Source: Hormiphora californensis (Eukaryota; Animalia; Ctenophora). Taken from it: a stretch of 64,000 nucleotides of DNA. The notes below the pieces were generated by a model that saw only the letters and a list, made by a program, of their open reading frames with translations, did not search any database and had not been told where the DNA came from. Both the position numbers and the translations under genes were made by a program. Below, one piece after another: positions 39,201 to 57,876 of the stretch. The DNA lies in NCBI GenBank assembly GCA_020137815.1, contig CM035353.1:8308001-8372000 (forward strand), written 5' to 3'. How positions within the stretch are numbered: the stretch's first letter is position 1; every line of letters starts with the position of its first letter.

Positions 39201-42200
39201 ACACTATGACAGTCAGTGCCCAGTCAGTGTGCCAGTCAGTGTGTACTGAGTGTGATGTCATTTACAGAACTCTATTTAAATGAAATGAAGAGCATGATGA
39301 TGATTCACGACCCAATTTGAAATTGCATGAGACTAAAAAAAGACGATATCAGTGGCATTATTATACCGTGTGGGGCAATAAAAATGCCCCCCCCAAGTCT
39401 ACCATAGTTCCAGATATCTTGGAGCGCTAAAATTTGGTACAGTAACTCTATGAGACAAATAAATAACTTGACCAAAATTTCAGACCTCTAGCTCAAAATT
39501 CATTTTTTTGATAGGAATGAACATTGTCATTCATTCCAAGAAAAAAATATTTTCGGTCCAGAATTCAAGCAATTATCTTTGGCCATCGATTAGCTTTCCA
39601 ATGTGACCAAGATCATCTAAATTGGGCAACCACAAGAGACACAGTGTCATGTTTCTTAAAGTTAGTCAGGTCATGTGATCTTCACCGAATCGTTGAGTGT
39701 TCAGTATTACGAATCGGTCTAAGTGGTAGAGAATCACGTATCACGGCTACTAATGAGGGATGACGATGCTGATTGGTCATGAGATCTGTAGCTCTTTGAT
39801 AAATGTCCTCTTTCCTCGAATCACATTACCCTGTATTGGTACACATACCTCATTAGCGGCCGTGATACGAGATTCCTCTGCCCATTGGCTCGATTAGCAA
39901 TCCCGGATAATCAACGATTCGGTGAAGATCACATGACCTGACTAACTTTAAGAAACATGACACTGTGTCTCTTGTGGTTGCCCAATTTAGATGATCTTGG
40001 TCACATTGGAAAGCTAATCGATGGCCAAAGATAATTGCTTGAATTCTGGACCGAAAATATTTTTTTCTTGGAATGAATGACAATGTTCATTCCTATCAAA
40101 AAAATGAATTTTGAGCTAGAGGTCTGAAATTTTGGTCAAGTTATTTATTTGTCTCATAGAGTTACTGTGCCAAATTTTAGCGCTCCACGATATCTGGAAC
40201 TATGGTAGACTTGGGGGGGCATTTTTATTGCCCCACACGGTAGAACCAAGAAATGCTATGTTGCAACATAGCATTTCTTGGTTCTACAATGTCAGACATT
40301 GTGCTGATGTTCTCGCTCAGAAGAGAGTAAACTACTTAGCTAGATCTTTTTTCCAAGCTCGAGCGTTACCCCCAAATATTAGAAGGAGTACTATGTAGTT
40401 TCCTATGTATTCCAATGATGTTCCTTATCACTAGAAAATAATTCGTTTATTTGTATAACATCACATTAAGTCTCAGCATTACCCAACACATACTCACATT
40501 GGTATGGCAGAGGGGCCACAGGTGCATTATAACGTGTAGTTGTTGAAGAAGGACTAACCATGACTCTGCCTTGGTGTGCAGGTCTGTAACGTAGGGGGAA
40601 GCCAGGATGGATTGAAGGAGCACTTGGTGATCCTGAGGGAGAGAGAGAGGCTGAGTTTTATCTGCTGCAAGTGAAGAGGGTCTTATTGGCGTAAATAGTC
40701 GGAGTCCGATTTACCGGGCAAAATCCTTTCTCCCGAGCATCCCGGTAAATCGGACCCGACTGTGTAAATAAGAGGCGACTGTCCGGTTTATATCTTACAT
40801 CTATCTGTGTGACAATATTGTCCTCGGAATCCAGCACGAAGACACTCTCCGATGCTCCCTTTCTCTGTCCATGACTCTCTGCAAGAGGCACAGTGTTTTA
40901 ATAACAGAACTCAGATCAAGCATATAATACAAAAATATAATCAGATCTCATTCATGATACAATTATAGGTCAAAAAGTTTTATTTTAGTTACGTTTGGGG
41001 ACAGATATTTTCCGCAGTGTAAACTCTCTCTCCTCCCAATAACTTTCCATCTCAGTCATGCTTTGTTCCAAGGTATGCTCGGTAAGGGCCTGCCCACAGA
41101 TCCGTGATATAACCTCTGAAGGGGGGGGGGGGGGAGGCAAGATGAGTTTATTGTATTCCTTTTATTCTATGGATTACTGGAGGATACAGATCTAAATCAA
41201 TTTATGTACAATTACAGATCTACATCTACCTCTATTTTGAAGTAACTTATTGGTTAGCAAGTCATTGACAGTCATCTCCGTTTCACCGCTGTAAATCTCT
41301 GACAGGCAGATATAGATCTCCTGCCAATGGTGCGCCTGAGAGGGGTCAAATAGTTTAACCTTGTCTCATGTGCGCGACGTACAGTCAGCGCCTGAGAGGG
41401 GTCAAATAGTTAAACCCGGGTGGCAGCTAGAGTACAGCTATATTACTGGTATAGCTGATAGTCCCACATTGGAGAGGGAATAGCTGGGAGAGTGATCAGC
41501 AGTTCTAATATACCCACCTTCACACTATCAGAGCTGAGCTGCACCAGTATCGGTAGAAACTTGGAGATGTGATCCACCTTCACCTCCAGCTTCATCAACA
41601 CTTTATCCTTTTCAGGGAGTAAAGCTCTCAGCTGCTCAGAAACCAACAACCAACATTGTATTTGGTCGGACGCACCGATCGTGTCAAACTGCGAGAGAAG
41701 ATTAATTACATTTGAGTAGACACTAAGTACACGTAATACGTCATGTGCTTCCAACGCTATATAAATTCAGTGTTTATGTTGGATATCATGTGGTACACGG
41801 CAGTATGTTAACGGATGCACGACGATTTTATAGTGAATGCGGGACTTGTCACCCGTTGAAATATAACGCACCTCGGAGAACTTGGTTGCTTTCCAGGTGT
41901 CCACTGTGTCCATGACAGATGAGAGAGTTGTCCATACTTGGCATCTCGCATCCACTCGTGACTGTACCAACTGGGTGGGAGTGTTGATATAATGTGATAC
42001 TGAACTATTGTTTGTAATCATGTCTCTTGTATTGTGCATACTGCCCGAGCTGTTGAAGGAGATTCGGAACAACCCATGATGCAATGAGGACAAGATTTGT
42101 TATGTTCAAACCCTCCTTTACATTTGTAAAAAGGGTCGAGCTAGGCAAGACAGTATACACGTGTACATTGTACAAGCTAATATACCTGTATTTTGGTAAG

Positions 42201-45200
42201 GTTATGATGATTGTTGGTGATACTAAACTTCCAGTCACTAAACGTTACCATCTTCTCTTTCAGTGCGACGATCTTCTCTCTAGATTGTCCAACCTGAAAA
42301 GTCAGTTTTCATTTCCCCCTGCCCTTCAGCATCCACCCAGGTGATCGTTTTGGCACGTGTACTAAAAAGATACAGTTCAGGGTACTGAAATCCTGTCACA
42401 GAGATCATAGAAATTCTGATTCTTTATCAAACCAAATAACAAGTTTCGTGAAACTATTACACGAGTAATTACCAGGGGAATGATGTGTTTTATGTCAGTG
42501 AGAGGGTTACAGAACGCACTATCGGGAGCAGATATCTTTCTTAGGATCATCTCTGCCTCTATCTCTAACGCCTGGCAGTAGGGAAATATTAGTAGGCTGA
42601 GCTGTACTATACAGCCCAAGTAAGAAGAGGGGGTGGTTGGGGTAGTCCCGGGGGTGGGGGTGGGTGGAGGGGTGGTCCCTACCTTGATTTGCTCCTCCAG
42701 ACCCTGGAGCATCACAGGAGCCTCCTTGTTCAGGAATGTTTCACCGTCATGTAGCACCACTAGGAACAACTCCCACTGAAGTTCCAACCGTTTATCTGGG
42801 AGAGAGGGTTACAACATAACAGAGGGAGAGGGTTACAACTGCAGTGGGCCTTTGGTTACGAAGAGACATGATTATCTATACCTATCTCGGCCATGAGAGG
42901 ATTATCCACCTTCAATGTTTTCATGATCCTATACAAGCTCTTCACATACACTTTCTGCTCCAGCAGGGTAGATTTATTTGCCTTCACAACAGCCAGCGAT
43001 TTAGCATACTCAGCGAAACAGCTTACCTCTGCCTGCTGCGCTTTTAGCATCTGGTGGACGTACTAAAGAGTTAGCATTAGCAACACGTAGCTTTAGCAGA
43101 TCTGTAAACATGTATAAAACGTACTAAAAGTCAGCTCGACGATTTAAAAGTTAGCTGACACCACATGGTATAATTCCAGTATTACAACTTCACCTGGTGT
43201 TTTTGCTGTGTTTCCTCTATCAGGGACGCACCCCGTGTCTCGAACTCCCCAGTTACCATGTCCAGTAGCCGATTATAGATCTCCCCAAGGTTGGGCTGTA
43301 GAGCACTATACAGGGCGCTACTACTGACATGAAGAAGATGGTTGGAGGTACTGAACTCTGTTGCCAAGTTCTCAACCTTCTCGATCCATCCCCCCAGACG
43401 CTCTAACCATTCCTGCAACGGAGACTAGGATGAGACACATGGGGTCTATAGTCTGCCTTATCTCATCTCTAGAACGTCTGGCAACCACTTGGATATTGTT
43501 CTATTATAGTTCGTTCATTAGAGTCCTACCAGTATGTAGGAGGCCTCCTTGCCTCGGTAGTCTTCGACAGAGTTCCACCGTCTCACAAACCCGTGGATCT
43601 CACACAGCCACTCGTGTAAGCTGCACGTGGAGACGGAGGAGGGTTAGAAGAGGAGAGGGAGAATACGAAAGAGAGACGGTAACTCCCCTCGCAGCTACTA
43701 ACCGTATGTGACTGTTGACCTCTTCCAGTGCTGTGTTTAGAGTATCATGATACACCTTCACACGCTCCCCGTAGTCCAAACTGAGGAAGGTGGGTAGTGG
43801 TGGAAGCTGTGCATAAACGTAGCACCCCGTAGCTATCTAGCTATATTGTTCTAGCAACTTTATACAGTCATTTTGCAAGAGCTTACTTGAAAGTTGAAAT
43901 TGAGGATCTACTTACTTGAAGTTCAGAATCTGGAGGACTCTATCTCGACCTAGGAGTGTATTCTCAGGGAACCACTCCCTACCACATGACATTACAGCAC
44001 TAACAACACCATCCAGTAGGTTTTGAAGCACCTGATGGGGGGAGGGGGGTAACAGACGAACAAAAACATTCCGTGAAAATGGGCCAAAATAATTCGGGGG
44101 AGTTTACCCTCCCGGTGAATCGAGGTTCTGGTAAATCGGGGTCCGACTATATTTATATTCCACATAATCGTCCAGGGGAGCAAACAAACAAAAAACAGCG
44201 TACCTCCTGTAATCTTGATACAGTAGGGTAACTGATTATGTTATCAGTATCTGTCCCGTCCACACTGTACACTAGATTAATAGTGACTAGTGATCCACTA
44301 CCGTCACTGGTAAACTTTAACACTTGATCAACCTGAAATGTTCTCTTAATTAGTCTCTAATGAGTCTCTTATTAGGCTCTAATTAAAGTCGATCAGTTCT
44401 ATACACGCCCCACAAAAACCACACTCACCAGATGAACGGTGGAATTGGCTACAAAATCCACCACCATCTGCTGCACCCTCATCTTGGTAAGCTCCCTGAA
44501 ACATGTAATATGTGATACGTGTAGATCCCCCTAAACGTGCTGAGTCCCATTCTTAACTTGGTTTTTAGTTCCAGCTCTACACAATTAGTAACAGAAGCCA
44601 CGTGCTCAGTTACACATGTGGTGTCTCCACTGTATAGTTTTCTAACCTGTAAGCCGATAACCGGGAATGCTCGCTCCGGCATCTTCGCAGATGTCTCAGC
44701 CGAGCATCTTTCTTCTCCCGCTGTACTGATATCGGGTTTGTAAGGTAGTCGGGTGAGGGCCGGTTGTTTACTGTAGCTTCTTCCAGTTTAGTTCCCAAAT
44801 ACTGAAATAGAGGTAGGAGTTTGCCATCACGTGTTTATCATATCTATTACACCCGGAACTCGTTTGCCTATCACAGCTCTATATGTGACTCCATTTGTTA
44901 TTTATGTTATTTCATCCACCAACCTGCTCAGCTGCTGTGTCTAGTTGTTTGACGAACTGAAGAAAGCGTGTCAGGTACTTGAGAAGGAAATGAAGTTGTC
45001 GCTGGGCCGTTTCCGAGAAGTTAGCCAGGGTTCCAGGTATCAGGTGGTCTAGACTTGCCATGGGGATAGTCTGCAGCTAAATCGGAGAAATATCTTTGTT
45101 TAGAACTGAGCATTTTATAATTTATTTACTGGAGAACCGAGAAATCCCGGTAAATCGAGGTGTGAATGTATCTAAAATAGAGTAGATCTATAATACCTCA

Positions 45201-47168
45201 CACACGAGAGATTGTATTTGTAGGAGGTTCGCCCCGAATGTTGGTATGACACACAGTAGGTTTGTTGTTATCTGCTCCTTTTGACGGTGGAACCTCGTTA
45301 ACACAGCGTTCATTCTCCACCTGCAGTAGGAAACAGGTACTGCACTGCTTGTACATTATAACTTGGTCAATTAGATCGCTAGTACTAGTTCCTAACCTTT
45401 CTCTATCCAATAGGAGGTGTAAAATACTAATCAATATGATGATCAATGTCCAACTCTAGATTTAGGGGGCGTATGATCATGTATATACCGTAAGAATTGG
45501 CGATGTAGTCCAAAGTGCTTGAAAAAGGGGATATCCACAATGTGATCGTATATCTGTGCACACCGCAACCACTTTGATAGGCTCATAACCTCTAGAATTA
45601 GGAATAGAAAGTATTTGAATAGTTTTTAATTTACAAATAGCAATAACAATAATTTAGTTTCCAATCACAAAGTTCTCACCGTTTTCCCCGTTAGGAATGA
45701 CATGCATAACTCCAAAGCTAGAGATAATAAAATGTTCCTTGTTCAGCTTGCTCTTGGGTACCACAATTAGATGGTAGGGTTTAGTTGTGAATGGTTTGTT
45801 CAGATACGCAATGTAAGTCTGATCTGTCAACATTCCACCCAAAATATGGTCCACTACCTGAAATGTTCACGAGAAACTTAGAAAACAGAGAGATATTCGT
45901 CCTGACTCCTGGTCCAGAAATTTCATTACTCCCTCTTATCAGCAGACACGTAAAATAAGGACACCTTACCTCACGTCCTGTTTTGGGTGTTCGAGGTTTT
46001 GGCATCTCATACGCAGGTCTACCAGCTTCAACATCGGGGCTTGTTTCCCTGACCCTCTCTTCCGCCTGTTGTGAGATAGTAATAACAATCTTCACTTTCC
46101 TTCTTTTACATACTACATCATGTAGTCTACATGCAAGTTACCCCCTTGATAGGAGCTGCACGAGGGCTAATCAGTTATTGATACCAGCACCGCTAGTAAG
46201 GACTGACAATGATCCCTTGATAGCTCTCTATTATATTCATGCTCTCTCCTTACTATTGTAGCAGGGCGGGGTGGTGGTTCAGTTCCCTCTAGCTCCAATC
46301 CAAGGGCCAGAGCGGTAGTACCAGTACCTCTCCTCCAGGCCGTCTCATAGCCCGCCATCTCGAAGGCAACACTTGGCAGAGATTCTCTCAGGTCGGCCAT
46401 CGTCAGTAGTGCTACCTGGGCGAGAGAGAAAGAGGGGAGGGGGAGAACTATATATAGAAGGAAAGAGAAGGTGTGAACGAAAGAAAAAAACCTGGAAATG
46501 AGAGCTAAACTCTCGGTATATAATCAGGAGGGCAATTATAACCAGGATGTGAGCAAGAACAGGAAAAACAGACTGACCTTCTCTTCCTCGTGATTTTGTG
46601 GAAGATCGAATATATCGGGTCTTTCTCTAACCCGAGGTCTCCTGCATGACGTATTTGGTGTTCCTGATATCACTGGGGGAGTGGGTTGTCCAGCCATCCA
46701 CTTTTCCTCACGATACTTCTCTACCAGCTGCAGAAAGAAGGGATATATTAGTCTCTACCACACTTAGTTTGAAACAAATTTAGCTGCAACTGTGTTTCGA
46801 ATTGCTACCTTAGGGAAAGCGGATGTTATCTTGTCGCGGAGTTCTGGGTTTGGATTCCGTTCTAGGTAGAAACATATCCGCTGAACATAATGGGCCACTT
46901 GGGGGTGATCTTGGAGGTCCGGAGCCAAGAGGGAAACAGAGTCCAACAATCGTATCAGCTGCTCTGGACTTGTTGTTCTGTAAGGAAGGTGAGAAGGGGG
47001 GTGAGTATAACGGAGTCAATAATTATTATAAACAGAGCTGGAAAACTGTTATATTGCCTACCCGCAAAGAAGGGGGACAGAGACAGATGCGAGACGTCGT
47101 GCTGTTTCTCCCAACACGCACAATCCATGTCTTCCACTGCTTTCATCTATTCCTATCGACTCTGCCAT
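18216..47168 (-). CDS. DNHD1: Divergent dynein heavy chain, DNHD1-like, many exons
   Basis: Collinear dynein heavy chain segments: VPRLNFVGNNELL, YDYEYLGRYQRLVVTP, AAA1 GPSHSGKFETIKD, AAA3 GPSASGKS, AAA4 GGHSIMLGPKGSGR, QHLHIVLSL, stalk/MTBD ELKSFQNPPEAV...GDAMLAAGAVTYFGPF, NKVPPTW, GLYIEGLELINGGWD. First exon MAESIGIDES... splices in frame to the 46764-46949 ORF; stop at 18216 and AATAAA at 18070-18065. The DNHD1 assignment rests on overall divergence and the degenerate AAA1. Confidence 0.82.
22063..22912. mobile_element. Non-autonomous DNA transposon with C(G)nCCAACG / CGTTGG(C)nG termini and AT-rich subterminal repeats
   Basis: Inverted termini; flanking direct repeat TTAACT (22057-22062 and 22913-22918); TTTATATATT arrays near both ends; intronic. 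Confidence 0.8.
24259..24345 (+). mobile_element. 87-bp 3' fragment of the LINE family at 33.8-35.2 kb
   Basis: Matches 35162-35244; 14-bp target-site duplication AATATTACAAATCC (24245-24258 and 24346-24359); (GAA)n tail. Confidence 0.92.
31956..32149. repeat. 20-bp minisatellite (CTCTCATTCTCTCTACCCCT)n, ~10 copies, intronic
   Basis: Direct inspection. Confidence 0.95.
33759..35244 (+). mobile_element. 5'-truncated non-LTR retrotransposon (RNase H-bearing, LOA/R1/I-like) in a DNHD1 intron; ORF 33802-35067
   Basis: RT thumb end (RPTLCYGAMVW...RVQRLAL), RNase H (HTDGSK, AEMYAI, CDSQ, WIPAHQGYDGNEIADILAK), C-terminal CxxC...H...C motif; (GAA)n tail; 13-bp TSD GAAGTAACCGCGG at 33746-33758 and 35245-35257. 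Confidence 0.95.
37125..37277. mobile_element. Small MITE-like inverted-repeat element with internally duplicated left end
   Basis: ACCCTCGTATCAGTT occurs twice and is inverted as AACTGATACGAGGGT; arms GTTCCGCCGCTAATGA / TCATTAGCGGCAGAAC. Confidence 0.6.
37931..38986 (+). CDS. Intronless rhodopsin-class-like 7TM orphan GPCR (351 aa), nested antisense in a DNHD1 intron
   Basis: Seven hydrophobic segments; TM1 GxxLN, TM2 LxxxD (LFITD), TM3 end CRFYQIRYPF (DRY position), basic ICL3 end RKRRST, TM7 VDPTV. Confidence 0.88.
   Translation: MALFADGGFSTPDIYIVIYLVLLSALGVTLNGTVIYRNIRKKSTIARNLYLSLFITDFLTCSTLPTYFAYATFTPKNWRCFEAEKDPESGYLINCTTHYLYFCWPNPTIGQRLHGNLVRTIVTHPCLVTGCLATCRFYQIRYPFSRVPSKYPLAFIITTAVYSLVFKVDLLRPKGDDTVAYYFVIPQGVFETLKGGPFTSLGITFNSTLELFIASNIFNVLAQLMGLIASILTIRELILNSMKQQVANPALARSENRKRRSTIMILVYNLGSITTVCSCIVYSINLLTHENLVEMAIRNHTPYDIPISIVLTALAYFLFVPSFCSLVDPTVCILFTPRAVPRAVGPPRVAP
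39366..40240. mobile_element. 875-bp non-autonomous Tc1/mariner-type element with ~330-bp TIRs
   Basis: 39366-39696 is a near-perfect reverse complement of 39911-40240; TA on both flanks; no transposase ORF. Confidence 0.9.
40241..40286. repeat. Perfect 46-bp palindrome abutting the MITE
   Basis: TAGAACCAAGAAATGCTATGTTG|CAACATAGCATTTCTTGGTTCTA. Confidence 0.9.
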
Positions 47169-47320
47169 ATTTCAGTCATTCTTCATCACTTCAAATCTCT
47201 GTTCATGTGCTAATATAACAGGAGGTGTGAGTTGACAAGGTGTCAAGGATATATTCATTATTGAGTGGTTAAAATCGTGGACTTGGAGAGACCGTGAGAA
47301 AAAGGCCCCCACAGACCGGA

Positions 47321-47334
47321 GTTTCCCCAGTAAC
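47321..47334. promoter_or_regulatory. X-box-like motif GTTTCCCCAGTAAC ~150 bp upstream of the DNHD1 ATG (copy at 49277-49290)
   Basis: Resembles RFX GTYNCY-NN-RGYAAC; position is typical of ciliary gene promoters. Confidence 0.4.
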
Positions 47335-47499
47335 CGCGCACAAACGGGGGTACTTTCATTTTGGGAGAGTTCAGAAAATTGAAGGAACTGGGGGAAATGG
47401 ATCTTCTAGCAAACAAAATCTTTCTCTCTCACGTTCTTTATGTAATGTATAATAAAAAGCACGAAATAATTTTGTCTCAATTCAATAATCAATTCAAGT

Positions 47500-47636
47500 T
47501 CAACTGATCATTTGAGCCACTATACTGTTCTATAGTTTCCCCTTTGAGAGATAGCACAGCTATGTTTCCGTCAGCTCCTTTGGTGCAGTAAACTGGAAGG
47601 TAACGGTAACGTTGTGTCCTGGCTCTACCACACCCT
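47500..47636 (-). pseudogene. Orphan decayed duplicate of the CFAP74 terminal exon
   Basis: Matches 49632-49791 but has internal deletions in the 3' half. Confidence 0.8.
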
Positions 47637-47679
47637 GAAATGAAAGAAGATTAATCTTAAAGAATAATCTTAAAGAAGC

Positions 47680-48010
47680 ACCCTAGAATAAATATTTATT
47701 ATTCGAGCTACGCCGGTGCGTAGACAAACCATTGGTCATTCTTTGTGTGCCACTCAGTGATAAAATGGTCATTGGTCAGCAGCATTATCATTATTATGTT
47801 TGAGTAATAAAAACCCCTCGTTCCCTCTCTCGCTCACTATTTTCCATCCCCATCTATCTGAGAGCTGAGAGGCTCAGCCCTAGAATAAATATTTATCGGG
47901 GGCTGCAGCATTCCATGACAAAATGATCATTGGTCCGCAGCATTATATAGCAGTAGTAAAAACCCCTCTCTCGGTCTCTCTCACTCCATATTTCCACTCC
48001 ATGCATATGA
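47680..48010 (+). repeat. Two diverged tandem units (~200 bp apart) upstream of the crystallin gene
   Basis: CCCTAGAATAAATATTTAT...AAAATGRTCATTGGTCMGCAGCATTAT...TAAAAACCCCTC present from ~47681 and from ~47878. Confidence 0.7.
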
Positions 48011-48167
48011 GTTTTAACCATCCCCATCCCCATGCTCTCTGGAGCTAGTCAGTGAGAATAGGAGAGCATCATATGGGTCACAAGACGACACATTTTGATG
48101 AGGAATCCTTAGTCGGCCTGCTCCTGTATAAACCAACCATCCCACTCTGATCCAATACCCACTCAAA

Positions 48168-48533
48168 ATGAAAATGTTGATTGTTCTCTGTGCAACTCTG
48201 CTCGTGGCGGCCCATTGCGGTGACTGTACGAACAACAAGCTTTCTCTCTACCGGAAGGCTGGCCAGCGGGGAAAGGCCATAGTCCTGAATGAGGATATAG
48301 AGGCACTCTCCGCCACTAATTTCGACAACAAGGTCTCTTCTTACTATGCAGAATGTGGAAACTGGGAGTGCTACAAGAAAAAAAACTACAAAGGGAAGAC
48401 AATTAAAATTCGAGAAGGAGCATCCGGAGGATTTGAAGAAAACGATGAATGGAACAATGCAATAAGCTCTTGCAGGCTAGTGGAATTTAAATCAGAAAGA
48501 AGTTTTTGGGATTGGATTTGGTCTTTGGGATAG
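48168..48533 (+). CDS. Secreted single-domain beta/gamma-crystallin-superfamily protein (121 aa), intronless
   Basis: Signal peptide MKMLIVLCATLLVAAHCG; two Greek-key motifs (LYRKAGQRG...FDNKVSS and GNWECYKKKNYKG...WNNAISSCR); TATAAA at ~48127. Confidence 0.85.
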   Translation: MKMLIVLCATLLVAAHCGDCTNNKLSLYRKAGQRGKAIVLNEDIEALSATNFDNKVSSYYAECGNWECYKKKNYKGKTIKIREGASGGFEENDEWNNAISSCRLVEFKSERSFWDWIWSLG

Positions 48534-48721
48534 GGGATGCTTCGGGATAGGGGATGTCATCCTTATAGTGCCGGTGATATATCGTTGGCAATCTGAGGCA
48601 CTTATACGATCGTAGTAGAACTAGTAGGATTTTTGCATGATTGACATGTTATGTTTAACTTTAAACTTACTTTTCTCCCAAATGTATTTGTAATATTTTC
48701 ACACGAGCCAGTCAATCACCA

Positions 48722-49120
48722 CTTACCAGGGATGTGTTTTATGTCAGTGAGAGGGTTGCAGATATCTTTCTTAGGATCATCTCTGCCCCTACGCCTGCTA
48801 TCTCTAACGCATGGCAGTAGTACCAGTACCTCTTCTCCAGGCCGTCTCATAGCCCGCCATCTCGAAGGCAACACTCGGTAGAGATTCTCTCAGATCGGCC
48901 ATCGTCAGTAGTGCTACCTGGGGGAGAGAGAGAGAGAGAGAGAAAGCTGGGGTGTGAATGAGGGGCGACTGGGAAATGAAAGCTGTTCTTGGTATGCAAT
49001 TATCTCATGTACATTATCTGAGAGCAAGTAATCAGGGTGTGGATGGAGAAAACATACCATGTACTGACCTTCTCCTCCTCGTGGTTTTGTGGAAGATCAA
49101 ACTGCTTTCATCTATTCCAT
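48722..49120 (-). pseudogene. Collapsed duplicate of the DNHD1 5' region
   Basis: Consecutive matches to ~42470-42580, ~46312-46430, ~46572-46610 and ~47138-47168, in the same order and orientation. Confidence 0.88.
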
Positions 49121-49631
49121 ATTTCAGTCATTCTTCATCACTTCAAATCTCTGTTCATGTGCTAATATAACAGGAGGTGTGAGTTGACAAGGTGTCAAGG
49201 ATATATTCATTATTGAGTGGTTAAAATCGTGGACTTGGAGAGACCGTGAGAAAAAGGCATGCCCCCACAGACCGGAGTTTCCCCAGTAACCGCGCGCAAA
49301 CGGGGGTACTTTCATTTTGGGGGAGTTGTCGCGCGCCACGTGAACCAATGCCGGGGAGGTGTGACTCATACTGCACATGGGACACAAGCCATGTGCAGCA
49401 TCAAAGATTGTAACTGCCAAACAGAGTGTTGTTGATATAAATAAGGTTTTTCATTACTGAGGGAAATGGAATCACGGTCAGAGGGGGCATACATTGATTT
49501 TGACAACAGAAAATTGAAGGAACTGGGCAAAAATGGATCTTCTAACAAACAAAATCTCTCTCTTACGTTCTTTATACAACTATAATACAACGCCTATAAT
49601 ACACGAATTAATTTTGTCTCAATTCAAGTAT

Positions 49632-57266
<7,635 letters not shown>

Positions 57267-57876
57267 CAGCTACACAAATTATTGGATAGTTTTAGTTTTC
57301 TGGTAGAGGGGTTTAGTACTCGAGGTTTATAAACACAATACTTTCTTTATAAAACTCAGGTTCATTGACATGCAAGATTTGATTATAATGAGAGATAATA
57401 CACATTAGTGTTGCTTTAGGCGCAGCCCAACCTCTATTTAAATCTAAGAGGAGTAGAATCACAATACAAGGAGACGGATATATACAAATTTCAATGTAAA
57501 CACAAAAACCCTCAAATAGGTAACCTCACCTAGCTAGCATTCATCTAGGCAATAAGTAGTATTACAATATAGGTCGCCATCCGAATATGGAAGGGAAAAC
57601 ACTGCTCCTACTCTCCACCCCTCCACACACCTCTACAGAGTGTAACGGTATCCGATACCTCCTCCGCTGGGTGGATTCATGCAACCAACACCGCTTCCGT
57701 CTTCTTGGTATTCCTTTAAGGATTGTTTTCTCGTGACAAAACATCCTAGGATACGCTATATTGTTTGGTGATGGGGGAGGTGGTGTAATGGGGACACCAG
57801 GAGGTGAAGATGTTGGAATGGAGGGTGGTGATGGTATTGGTAAACAGGAGTAGGAGGAGTTTAGTTCTCGGCCTAG

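Noticed and set aside
39524-40083. Two near-identical 76-79 aa ORFs on opposite strands
   Set aside because: A consequence of the MITE inverted repeats; non-ATG starts and no transposase motifs.
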